From a virus: DNA of 33,399 nt. The position numbers and the translations under genes are program-made. Where the stretch lies: IMG/VR virus record IMGVR_UViG_3300029742_000017, one strand, 5' to 3'. The notes beneath the pieces were generated by a model, which saw nothing but the letters and a program-made list of their open reading frames with translations, did no database searches and was not told the origin of the DNA. Each line of letters begins with the position of its first letter. Positions within the stretch are counted from its first letter, which is position 1. Of the stretch, positions 15,325-23,411 are shown piece after piece.

Positions 15325-18081
15325 AGGGCTGGAAGAATAAAAGGGATCACAATTGAGCTTGATGGTGATTCGAAAGGCTTGGACAAAGCCCTACAAGATG
15401 TAAATAAACGCTTAAAAACAACGCAGAGTTCGTTGAAGGATGTAGACCGGCTTTTAAAGCTGGATCCATCCAACACGGAACTTTTATCACAGAAACAACG
15501 GTTGCTTTCGGATGCGATTGAAAACACGGAGCAGAAGCTGACAACTTTAAAGGAAGCTAGCGTGCAGGCGAAAGCTGCGTTGGAACGTGGCGACCTTGGG
15601 CAGGACAAATATGATGCTCTGCAGAGAGAAATCGTAGCAACAGAAAGTTCCCTGGAAAAATTGAAATCCCAGGCGCAGACTACGGATGCAACGCTCAAGA
15701 GCTCGGGCGGCGGGCTGAAAAGCCTTGGCGAAGCGGCAGAATCAGCCAGCGGAAAAGTGTCTGGTGTCAGCAAAGCTGCCGGCGGATTAGCCGCGGGAGC
15801 TGCAGCAACCGTTCCAGCGACGCAGGAACTTCGGCGTGACTTATCGTTTCTGGAAGAAAATGCAAAGGGCGCCAAAGTAGGCATGAATACCATGGAAACC
15901 GCATTTAAAACGTTTAATGCGGTTTCAGGGGAAACTGATTCGTCTGTTGAAGCTGTTTCAAACCTTTTGCAGGCGGGATTCACGGAAAGTAATCTCCAGC
16001 AGGCGGTAGAAGGTGTATCTGGAGCGATGTCACGCTTTCCGGATACATTAAAGATCGAGTCGCTGGCAGACTCTATTCAGGAGACTGTCGCCACCGGGAA
16101 ATCTATCGGACAGTTCGGTGAATTTCTGGATCGTGTAGGAATAGGAGCATCCAACTTCGACGAAGATCTGTCTAAGTGTAACACCACAGCCGAAAAAACG
16201 GATCTGGTGCTGAAGACTCTTTCCGAAACCGGAATGAACGATGTTTATACCGGCTGGCGGAAAAATAACGAGGCTTTAGCTGATTACGACGATGCCATGA
16301 TCGATATGCAAATGGCTCTCGGTGATCTGGCAGAAAGTATCGCACCGGTTGTGACGGCTCTGGCGGAAGGAGCAACCAAAGCCCTGGATCTTTTCAATAA
16401 ACTTCCACAAGGTGCGAAAGCCGTAGTTGGATCCATGGTTGGCATCACTGCCGCCGCTGCACCTACACTTTCGGCAGTCGGAAAAGTTACGCAAGGCATC
16501 GATGCTCTCAAAGGATCTTCCGAAAAAGCGGGTATCGTCAGCAAAGGACTTTCCGCAGCACAAAAAAGCGTAGCATCGGCTCTATCTGTAGTTCCTGCTC
16601 CGGCAGCAGCTGCAGCGGGAGCATTGGTAGTTGTAGGCACCGCAATATATTCTGCGTACCAAAGCACTCATGAATATACAAATGCCGCCAAGGAAATGTC
16701 CGAGGTAAACGATCAGAATGTGGCAAGTATTGAAGCGACATCTGAAAAAGCGGAGTTTTACGCAGGCCAGTTAGATCAGCTCAGTGAAAAAGAAAATAAG
16801 ACGGCGCAGGATAAACAGCTCATACAGTCGTACGTTGATCAGCTGAATGAATCAGTAGACGGACTGAATCTGACATATGATGCAGAGGCGGATAAGCTAT
16901 CCGAAACAACGGACGCGATTTACACCAAGATCGACGCGATGAAGCAGGAGGCTTTGCAGGCGGCGTATGTTAAACAATCGCAGGCGGCTCTTGATAAATA
17001 CGCAGAGTCTCAGATCAAAACAGCGGAAGCGCAGGAAAAGCTTAAAACTGCGCAGGAAGCTTATGATAAGGCCGCAGAATCGGGATATGTCAGCCAAAAG
17101 CTTTCGACCGATCTTGCGCAGGCGGAAGCGGAATATAACGATCTGAAAACAGCCACAGGTACATACTGGACTGAATATGTTCGTCAGTCGAATGCAGCGG
17201 CCATGCAGTCCGGGCAGTGGGATAAGCTCGTGGAAGAAGCTGGGCTGGCTGGAAAGGACATCCCGAAGAGCTTGACCGATGGAATCAAAGCAGGACAGTA
17301 TGCCGTACCGACTACTGTGGAAGAATTGAAAGCGTTGATACAGTTCGACGAACTGGCAAACAAGGCTGGGGTTTCCGGAAGCAAGACGGTACAGGAGCTT
17401 TCATCAAAACTTGCTGCAGGAGAAATCACCGCACAAGAGGCAGCTGCACAGCTATCGAACGCTGTGGATCAAGGCCTTGGAACGGCGCCTGCTAAAGCGA
17501 GAGGAAAAGGAGACTCTGCTGGAAAACAGTTTGCTGGCGGTGTATCCAGCACAAAGGGAAACGCCTCTGGCGCCGGAAAAGCGATTGGATCTGCAGCCGC
17601 ATCGGGCGCCGCATCAGCGAATTTTAGCGGAGCAGGCTATAATGATGGACTTGGATATGCGAGGGGTCTTAGAAATGCAATCACTGTGGTTGCAAATGCA
17701 GGGGCAGCTATTGCGCGGGCGGCTCTTACGGCAGCTAAAAAAGAATCTGATCAGCATTCGCCATCTAAAAAATGGGCTGCAGCCGCACTCATGGATGTAC
17801 GGGGCTATACAGAATCCATGTGGAAACAAGTGCCGAAAGTCGAAAAAGCAGGACAAGGTGTGGCACTGGCAGCGATGACAGGCGCCAAATCTGTAACAAT
17901 GGAATCTCTCGAAGGATTAAATCCGATCAACGATATGTCGGCCAACATTGTGCAACAGTTTGATTATAACCAGATGTATGCTGCAATGAAAGCGGCGGTT
18001 AGTGAGTCGAAGTTCTCAATTTCCATTGATGGTCGAGAGTTTGCGCGAGTACTTCGGGGCGTGGGGGTGAATATGAATTGA
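15325..18081 (+). CDS. Tape measure protein, proposed AGG start
   Basis: AGG 15325 is the first codon after an in-frame TAA and lies 7 nt after AGGAGG (15312-15317). The extension (x)AGRIKGITIELDGDSKGL matches the usual TMP N-terminus MAG.IKGITIE. The first canonical start (TTG 15379) has no SD. Confidence 0.8.
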   Translation, partial: RAGRIKGITIELDGDSKGLDKALQDVNKRLKTTQSSLKDVDRLLKLDPSNTELLSQKQRLLSDAIENTEQKLTTLKEASVQAKAALERGDLGQDKYDALQREIVATESSLEKLKSQAQTTDATLKSSGGGLKSLGEAAESASGKVSGVSKAAGGLAAGAAATVPATQELRRDLSFLEENAKGAKVGMNTMETAFKTFNAVSGETDSSVEAVSNLLQAGFTESNLQQAVEGVSGAMSRFPDTLKIESLADSIQETVATGKSIGQFGEFLDRVGIGASNFDEDLSKCNTTAEKTDLVLKTLSETGMNDVYTGWRKNNEALADYDDAMIDMQMALGDLAESIAPVVTALAEGATKALDLFNKLPQGAKAVVGSMVGITAAAAPTLSAVGKVTQGIDALKGSSEKAGIVSKGLSAAQKSVASALSVVPAPAAAAAGALVVVGTAIYSAYQSTHEYTNAAKEMSEVNDQNVASIEATSEKAEFYAGQLDQLSEKENKTAQDKQLIQSYVDQLNESVDGLNLTYDAEADKLSETTDAIYTKIDAMKQEALQAAYVKQSQAALDKYAESQIKTAEAQEKLKTAQEAYDKAAESGYVSQKLSTDLAQAEAEYNDLKTATGTYWTEYVRQSNAAAMQSGQWDKLVEEAGLAGKDIPKSLTDGIKAGQYAVPTTVEELKALIQFDELANKAGVSGSKTVQELSSKLAAGEITAQEAAAQLSNAVDQGLGTAPAKARGKGDSAGKQFAGGVSSTKGNASGAGKAIGSAAASGAASANFSGAGYNDGLGYARGLRNAITVVANAGAAIARAALTAAKKESDQHSPSKKWAAAALMDVRGYTESMWKQVPKVEKAGQGVALAAMTGAKSVTMESLEGLNPINDMSANIVQQFDYNQMYAAMKAAVSESKFSISIDGREFARVLRGVGVNMN

Positions 18082-18923
18082 AACAATTAAAATATATAAA
18101 TTCCCGCGGTGAAGAAATTGATTTCCGCCAGTTTAAAACCCAAGTTTTTAAGGCTGGATTTCATACTTACGCCTGGGGCTACGAAGGGACCGCACAGCAG
18201 TTCGGAGAAGTCATTGACCGATTCACAAAAACAGCATTGGAATATGAAATCATAGTGGCTGTGCGTGGAAGCCAGCAGGAAAAAGAGGAAGCTCTCAATC
18301 GGATCACAGAAGTGACAGAATACGACTTGATAAGTAGCACGCAGGGGACTCTTTACTGGGGAGATTATTATCTGCGTTGTAATATCATATCAGCAGATAC
18401 GCAGCCGAGTGAAAACTTTTTTGGTGTAGAGCGCACAATGGGAATACTGGCACCGAGGCCGTTCTGGGTAAAAGAACTGACAAAAGAGTTTTTTCCGGAT
18501 AATAACCCGCTGGCTGATTCGGATCCCGACGGAGATTTGGATTACCCATACGATTATCCATATGATTATGCTCCGGCAGCTGGAGGATCTGCAGTGTGGC
18601 AGACAGGGCACTATGCGCCAAGTAATTTTGAGATTACGGTTTATGGCCCATGTGTCAGTCCAAGGATACTGATCGCAGATCACGTCTATGAAGTCTATGA
18701 GACTTTAGAGACCGGGGAATACATGGTGATCAGCAACACGAATAATAAAAACCTCATAAAAAAATATCGAAACAATGGCACGATTGGAAATTTGTATGAT
18801 ATGCGAAATAAAAAAGAATCCATTTTTGAGCCGATTCCTGGCGGAAATGTAACAGTAAACTGGTCGGGAGGCTTCGGCTTTACGATTAAACTGTTCCAAG
18901 AAAGGAGTGAACCAGCGTGGTGA
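18078..18923 (+). CDS. Distal tail protein (Dit-like)
   Basis: Position directly after the TMP; TTG start 7 nt after GGGGGTGA; size typical. Confidence 0.6.
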   Translation: MKQLKYINSRGEEIDFRQFKTQVFKAGFHTYAWGYEGTAQQFGEVIDRFTKTALEYEIIVAVRGSQQEKEEALNRITEVTEYDLISSTQGTLYWGDYYLRCNIISADTQPSENFFGVERTMGILAPRPFWVKELTKEFFPDNNPLADSDPDGDLDYPYDYPYDYAPAAGGSAVWQTGHYAPSNFEITVYGPCVSPRILIADHVYEVYETLETGEYMVISNTNNKNLIKKYRNNGTIGNLYDMRNKKESIFEPIPGGNVTVNWSGGFGFTIKLFQERSEPAW

Positions 18924-19912
18924 TCTTAACAGGAATTGACGGGCTGGAAATAAGGGAACTGAAATTCATCAAAGTAGATGTAGACCTGAGTGACACAAAA
19001 GATTTTGAGATTCAGATCCCGGCGTCCGAATGGAGCTCAGATCTTGAATATAAAGGGCGCATATTCATCCCTGGCACCGAATATGGTGGAAGAATCGGAG
19101 GAAAAGGAGCGAGTACACAGAAAGATGTACGCACCATAAGAGGACATACCTGGCGAGGAATGCTTGATAAGAAAATCATCAAGCCGCCGGCAGGAGAAGA
19201 TTATAAGATAGTAAGTGGAGAACTGAATGCGATCCTCAAACAGCTGATCCAGGAAGCAGGCATGACGGCTCTTTTTACAGTATCAGAAGAAAATACCGGA
19301 GTGTTGATTACAAGCTATCAGTTCGATCGATACATAACTCTTTTGTCCGGGATCCAGAAAATGCTTAAGACAAAAGGTTATCGAATTGATATCCAGTATG
19401 TGCAGGGTGAGAGAGGTCTTCCAGGATACGTGCAGATCGGAGCAGTTCCCGTGATTGATTATTCCGAACGGATAGAGTTATCACAGGACAGCCAGTTGAA
19501 TTTTAAATTTGACGAAAACAAGAATGGTGTGAACCATCTGATCTGTCTTGGCAAAGGTGATCTAAAAGAAAGACTCGTTGTTGATTTGTATATTCAAAGG
19601 GATGGAAGTGTTGGAACTACTCAATACTTCAAAGGACTGGACGAAGTGGCAGAAACCTATGAAAACAACGCGATTGATGATGTAACTGAGATGACCGAGA
19701 AAGGTACCGAGGAAATTATTGAACGAGCCAGCAAACAGACCTTCGAGATGGACGTTGAACGTCTTGGCATCGAAGTGGAAATTGGAGACATTATAGGCGG
19801 AAGAGACTATATCACAGGAATGCACCTGGCAAAGCCAGTTGTAAATAAAATTTACAAGCAGGAACAATCCGTTATTTCTAAAGAATACAAATTGGAAGGA
19901 GATGAGCAGTAA
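18917..19912 (+). CDS. Tail-tip / baseplate protein in the Tal position (Sipho_Gp37-like)
   Basis: Position after Dit; AGGAG SD then GTG. Confidence 0.5.
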   Translation: MVILTGIDGLEIRELKFIKVDVDLSDTKDFEIQIPASEWSSDLEYKGRIFIPGTEYGGRIGGKGASTQKDVRTIRGHTWRGMLDKKIIKPPAGEDYKIVSGELNAILKQLIQEAGMTALFTVSEENTGVLITSYQFDRYITLLSGIQKMLKTKGYRIDIQYVQGERGLPGYVQIGAVPVIDYSERIELSQDSQLNFKFDENKNGVNHLICLGKGDLKERLVVDLYIQRDGSVGTTQYFKGLDEVAETYENNAIDDVTEMTEKGTEEIIERASKQTFEMDVERLGIEVEIGDIIGGRDYITGMHLAKPVVNKIYKQEQSVISKEYKLEGDEQ

Positions 19913-20598
19913 GGGTAATTATTTTCGCTGATGCGTCAGAGTTGACTGTGCAGCAGGTGATCCCAAAGGACGGGTATCTGAATGTCCGGGTGCTGGCGTC
20001 CATTGCGGATCCGGAGATGCTCCGGAATCTGTTCGAGGACGAAACGGCGACCAGGAAAATGACCGTCAAGGAAAATGGGAACACGGTGGCCACGTACGAA
20101 GGCTATACGGAATTCTATTCCACCGAGGAGTATACCGGGAAAATCTACGGTGTGACGAACTATAAACCGGATCGCACGCCTGAAGCGGAAAATGCGATTC
20201 TGGAAAGCTCGGTGAGGGTAGTCAAAATTCAGGCGCAAAGCTTGAACGACACAGATGCACTGACAGTACAGAACCTGTATCCGGAATGGTCAGGAGAATC
20301 CGTGACCTATGCCAAAGATTTTAAAGTCAATCGGAATGGAGTATTGTATAAATGTCTGCAGGACCATGTTTCGCAGGAGTCTTGGTCACCAGAAGACGCC
20401 CCTAGCTTATGGGCAAAGGTACTGATTCCAGATCCGGAAACGATTCCAGAATGGGAACAGCCAGGCAGTACAAATGGATATTCTAAAGGGGACAAAACGA
20501 CCCACAACGGAAAGACTTGGGAATCGCTCGTAGATAATAATGTATGGGAGCCAGGCGTAACCGGAACCGAAACTGTCTGGAAGGAGGTAAGTGCATGA
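19912..20598 (+). CDS. Receptor-binding-type tail protein with two CBM5/12-like (chitin-binding type 3-like) repeats; start AGG 19912 (probable) or TTG 19942
   Basis: Repeats YAKDFKVNRNGVLYKCLQDH...PSLWAKV and YSKGDKTTHNGKTWESL...NVWEPGV. GGAAGGAG 19894-19901, then AGG 19912 overlapping the upstream TAA (TAAGG). TTG 19942 lacks an SD. Confidence 0.6.
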   Translation, partial: RVIIFADASELTVQQVIPKDGYLNVRVLASIADPEMLRNLFEDETATRKMTVKENGNTVATYEGYTEFYSTEEYTGKIYGVTNYKPDRTPEAENAILESSVRVVKIQAQSLNDTDALTVQNLYPEWSGESVTYAKDFKVNRNGVLYKCLQDHVSQESWSPEDAPSLWAKVLIPDPETIPEWEQPGSTNGYSKGDKTTHNGKTWESLVDNNVWEPGVTGTETVWKEVSA

Positions 20599-21164
20599 TA
20601 CCCATTACCAATGTGGCGGGAACGCCACACATAACCCCAAAACAGGATGCAATGTTTCATCGTGGCATGGCCGGGGCGGATAGTTGTGTATATAACTTCT
20701 TTGAAAGCTTCGAGCCGGAGGTGAGTAGTAATCAGAAAATCAAGGCGCGGTCGGGAATTGGACAGCTTCAGGGACGATTGTTTTGCATTGAACCATCGAC
20801 CTATGATGAGATACAGATTGCAAATGGAACGCAGGGCGAGAAACGAATCGACCTGATTGTCGTTCGCTGGACGGTCAATGAAGAAAAAAATACCCAGACT
20901 GCAGACTGGGTAGTGATACAGGGTGAGTCTACGACCGGAACACCGGTATCACCAGCTTATACCGATGGTGATCTGGATGCCGGAGACGCAGTGGCCGATA
21001 TGCCTATGTATGAAGTCAGCCTTGACGGCATCAATGTTACAGGCGTGACAAAACGGTTTACGGTCCTCGGTGGCCTGGGGAAACTGGTATCGGACGAAAC
21101 CATCCAGATGTTCAAAGATGCAGGATATCCAATTTCTGGGGGGGGGCAACGCTTGACGGAATAA
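20595..21164 (+). CDS. Tail fiber-region structural protein
   Basis: AGGAGG SD 7 nt upstream of ATG 20595 (the track ORF starts further upstream); ATGA coupling; ends just after a G9 tract. Confidence 0.6.
   Translation: MIPITNVAGTPHITPKQDAMFHRGMAGADSCVYNFFESFEPEVSSNQKIKARSGIGQLQGRLFCIEPSTYDEIQIANGTQGEKRIDLIVVRWTVNEEKNTQTADWVVIQGESTTGTPVSPAYTDGDLDAGDAVADMPMYEVSLDGINVTGVTKRFTVLGGLGKLVSDETIQMFKDAGYPISGGGQRLTE
21138..21146 (+). repeat. Homopolymeric G9 tract, 16 nt before the stop of the 20595 gene
   Basis: ctGGGGGGGGGcaa, read directly. Confidence 0.9.
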
Positions 21165-21172
21165 TTAGAGAT

Positions 21173-21502
21173 TTGATAGTTGGCGGGACGATAAAGACAT
21201 ATGAACAAGACGGATGGAGAATCAAAAAATACGCAGATGGCACAGCAGAAGCGTGGAAGACTAACAGCACGGCATCAGCGAATGGATTCTTAAGGTGTTC
21301 AAACCCATTTCGAAATGCAAAATCATTACAAATATATACTACTAGCACCTATTTCGGATCAAATGTGGGGATTGTAAGAACCACACCACAGATTCAATCA
21401 TTGTCAGACCAAAACTTTATCATATACGTAAGAATGGAAGACGGAACCGCAGCGCCTTCAAATGTATATGAATTTCCAATATACGCAGTTGCAAAATTAT
21501 AA
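21173..21502 (+). CDS. Hypothetical tail-region protein. The independent TTG start lacks an SD, and the frame is open upstream back through the G9 tract
   Basis: ORF track; the reading frame is continuous from 21137. Confidence 0.45.
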   Translation: MIVGGTIKTYEQDGWRIKKYADGTAEAWKTNSTASANGFLRCSNPFRNAKSLQIYTTSTYFGSNVGIVRTTPQIQSLSDQNFIIYVRMEDGTAAPSNVYEFPIYAVAKL

Positions 21503-21504
21503 AA

Positions 21505-21524
21505 CGCCTTCCTGCTGGAAGGCG
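21505..21524 (+). terminator. 8-bp GC hairpin (CGCCTTCC tgct GGAAGGCG) after the 21173 gene; possible weak terminator
   Basis: Hand-paired; no U-tract on the plus strand. Confidence 0.35.
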
Positions 21525-21538
21525 GGAAAGGATAAAAC

Positions 21539-21952
21539 ATGGCAGACAAAACCACAATAGAAAATTTCATGGAAAGCGTTCTAAACTGCATGAAAGCAAA
21601 AAATAAAGAGCTGTGGTCAGGCACCGCCGGGGGTGGCCAATCAATAATGGTGCCTGGACTGCAAAATTATCAGATTGCGCAAATGAATACGACATATGGA
21701 AATTTCTTCTTCAACCCAAAAGAAGCTAGACTTACAGGGATTCATTCAGACAATTCAAATGGACCGAACGACATCATTACGGCAAGAGTGATGGGATCTA
21801 TCAGCGGAGATTCCGTTAACATTACATACGCAGACTATATTGCACACAATTCGGGCAGCAATCACAGCGGAAGAGCGCAAATGAAAGTCACAAAAATCAC
21901 AGGGATCATACCAGATCCAAAAGCGTTCTGGAAATCTGGGGGGGCAAGCTAG
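21539..21952 (+). CDS. Hypothetical tail/lysis-region protein
   Basis: ORF track; AAGGA SD. Confidence 0.55.
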   Translation: MADKTTIENFMESVLNCMKAKNKELWSGTAGGGQSIMVPGLQNYQIAQMNTTYGNFFFNPKEARLTGIHSDNSNGPNDIITARVMGSISGDSVNITYADYIAHNSGSNHSGRAQMKVTKITGIIPDPKAFWKSGGAS

Positions 21953-21991
21953 TTAACACGATGCACCAAACCGTGAGAGGAGGTGCACGCT

Positions 21992-22351
21992 ATGCCTAAT
22001 GGAATGACGGATGAATGCATTCAGTTACTGTTGGAACACAAAACGGAAATCAATATGGTCTGGGAAAATCCAAGCCCAGAAGAACAATTTGGAGCAAAGA
22101 CCACGCCACTGGATAAAGCATCCTCAGCTACGTTTTTCATGATGATAGATACGACGGGAGGATTCTATTTTTTGAAAAATAACGAAAAGACGCGGCTGTA
22201 TAGCGTCGCAGCGTATCCAAACCAGAGAACCATTACGATTGCAAAAAAAGCGTTTACAACATCAATAGGGGAAGCGCTATCGAATGGATGGCAGACAAAT
22301 AATGAAATGATAGTGCCGAACAGAATCTTTGAAGTTAAAAATGTAGGTTAA
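21992..22351 (+). CDS. Hypothetical protein
   Basis: AGGAGG SD 8 nt upstream of ATG 21992 (the track start is GTG 21983). Confidence 0.55.
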   Translation: MPNGMTDECIQLLLEHKTEINMVWENPSPEEQFGAKTTPLDKASSATFFMMIDTTGGFYFLKNNEKTRLYSVAAYPNQRTITIAKKAFTTSIGEALSNGWQTNNEMIVPNRIFEVKNVG

Positions 22352-22383
22352 CTATAAATACATTGTAGGAGAAAGGAGCAAAC

Positions 22384-22668
22384 ATGAAAATCAACTTTAA
22401 ACTCAGACTTAAAAACAAAGTTACCTTAGTAGCTTTAGTAGCCGTTATAGTTCCATTTATTTATCAGGTACTTGGAATCTTTGATATTGTACCGAAGATC
22501 AGCGAAGGAGATGTAGAACAGTTCTTGGGACTGTTGATCAATTTCCTGGCGATCCTCGGCGTTGTCGCGGATCCAACTACAGCAGGAATGAAAGATACCG
22601 ATTTAGCTATGGCATACAATAAACCGAGAAAAGAAACAGATGTCTATCCAGACGAGGAGGTAATGTAA
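22384..22668 (+). CDS. Holin (phi LC3-family-like)
   Basis: MKINFKLRLKNKVTLVALVAVIVPFIYQVLGIF... two TM segments, small size, immediately upstream of the endolysin. Confidence 0.75.
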   Translation: MKINFKLRLKNKVTLVALVAVIVPFIYQVLGIFDIVPKISEGDVEQFLGLLINFLAILGVVADPTTAGMKDTDLAMAYNKPRKETDVYPDEEVM

Positions 22669-23402
22669 GGAGTTTTTCGCCAAGACTTAATGCTCCGGCG
22701 GCGAGCAATAAATATTGGATACATACATCCGGCGGCGGACTTAACAGCTGCATCAGAGTAAGTGGAAAGTCTGTTTTGCCTAACTGTGTTGGATACGCAT
22801 GGGGGCGTGCATATGAGATGCTGGGCAAAGCACCGAAGTTATCGCGCGCTAATGCAGAAACCTGGTACGCGCATAAGGACGGTTACTCCCGGGGGAAAAC
22901 ACCGAAGCTCGGCGCGATCGTTGTCTGGGCGAAAGGTAAAGTCGGTAATAGCAAAGATGGAGCCGGTCATGTAGCCGTAGTGGAGCAGATCCACTCTAAC
23001 GGGTCCTTTACAGTTTCCCAGTCCGGATATACTGGCAAGAAACGGTTCTGGACCAGTACAATCCCGAAGTCTGGATACCTGAAAGGATACACCTTCCTGG
23101 GATTCATTTACTTGCCGATATCAACAGGTAGCAGCTATTCAACGTCCTCTGGTAGCATCAAAGTAGGCGGTACTTACACTCTGCGGGCAAACATGAAGGT
23201 GCGTACGGGTCCAGGTACCGGCTACCGCTGGAAAAAAAGATCCGAGCTGACGGCTATGGCTAGAGCGTACTCCCAGAACCAGACAAACGCCGTGCTGAAT
23301 TTGGGAACGCGAGTAACCTGCCTGCAAATCACAGGAAACTGGATGAAGATTCCTTCGGGTTGGATCTGTATCAGATCAGGCGGTGCAGTATATATTTCGT
23401 AG
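22668..23402 (+). CDS. Endolysin: N-terminal CHAP-type cysteine peptidase/amidase plus C-terminal SH3b-like domain, proposed AGG start
   Basis: GAGGAGG 22654-22660, then AGG 22668 overlapping the holin TAA (TAAGG). The extension (x)SFSPRLNAPAASNKYWIHTSGGGLNSCI is the typical start of this endolysin type. The first canonical start (TTG 22776) sits 2 codons before the catalytic NCVGYAWGR Cys. Confidence 0.8.
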   Translation, partial: RSFSPRLNAPAASNKYWIHTSGGGLNSCIRVSGKSVLPNCVGYAWGRAYEMLGKAPKLSRANAETWYAHKDGYSRGKTPKLGAIVVWAKGKVGNSKDGAGHVAVVEQIHSNGSFTVSQSGYTGKKRFWTSTIPKSGYLKGYTFLGFIYLPISTGSSYSTSSGSIKVGGTYTLRANMKVRTGPGTGYRWKKRSELTAMARAYSQNQTNAVLNLGTRVTCLQITGNWMKIPSGWICIRSGGAVYIS

Positions 23403-23411
23403 GAGGCTGAC

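Noticed and set aside
15321-15983. 220-aa minus-strand ORF antisense to the tape measure gene. Similar long antisense ORFs occur at 12082-12855, 11253-11804, 10723-11208, 8309-8821 and 9338-9721.
   Set aside because: They lie entirely inside strongly supported plus-strand structural genes. They have Ser/Ala/Cys-rich low-complexity composition and no SD, so they are shadow ORFs.
17411-17878. 155-aa plus-strand ORF in an alternative frame inside the tape measure gene.
   Set aside because: Arg/Leu-rich out-of-frame shadow of an Ala/Gly-rich region; no SD.
21938-21944. Recurrence of TGGGGGGGCAA: a G7 tract at 21938-21944 near the end of the 21539 gene, and another at 30512-30518.
   Set aside because: Shifting frame at these tracts gives only short extensions or no ORF fusion. 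It is probably a coincidence of GGG(G) Gly codons. Only the G9 tract at 21138 has a fusion-competent downstream frame.
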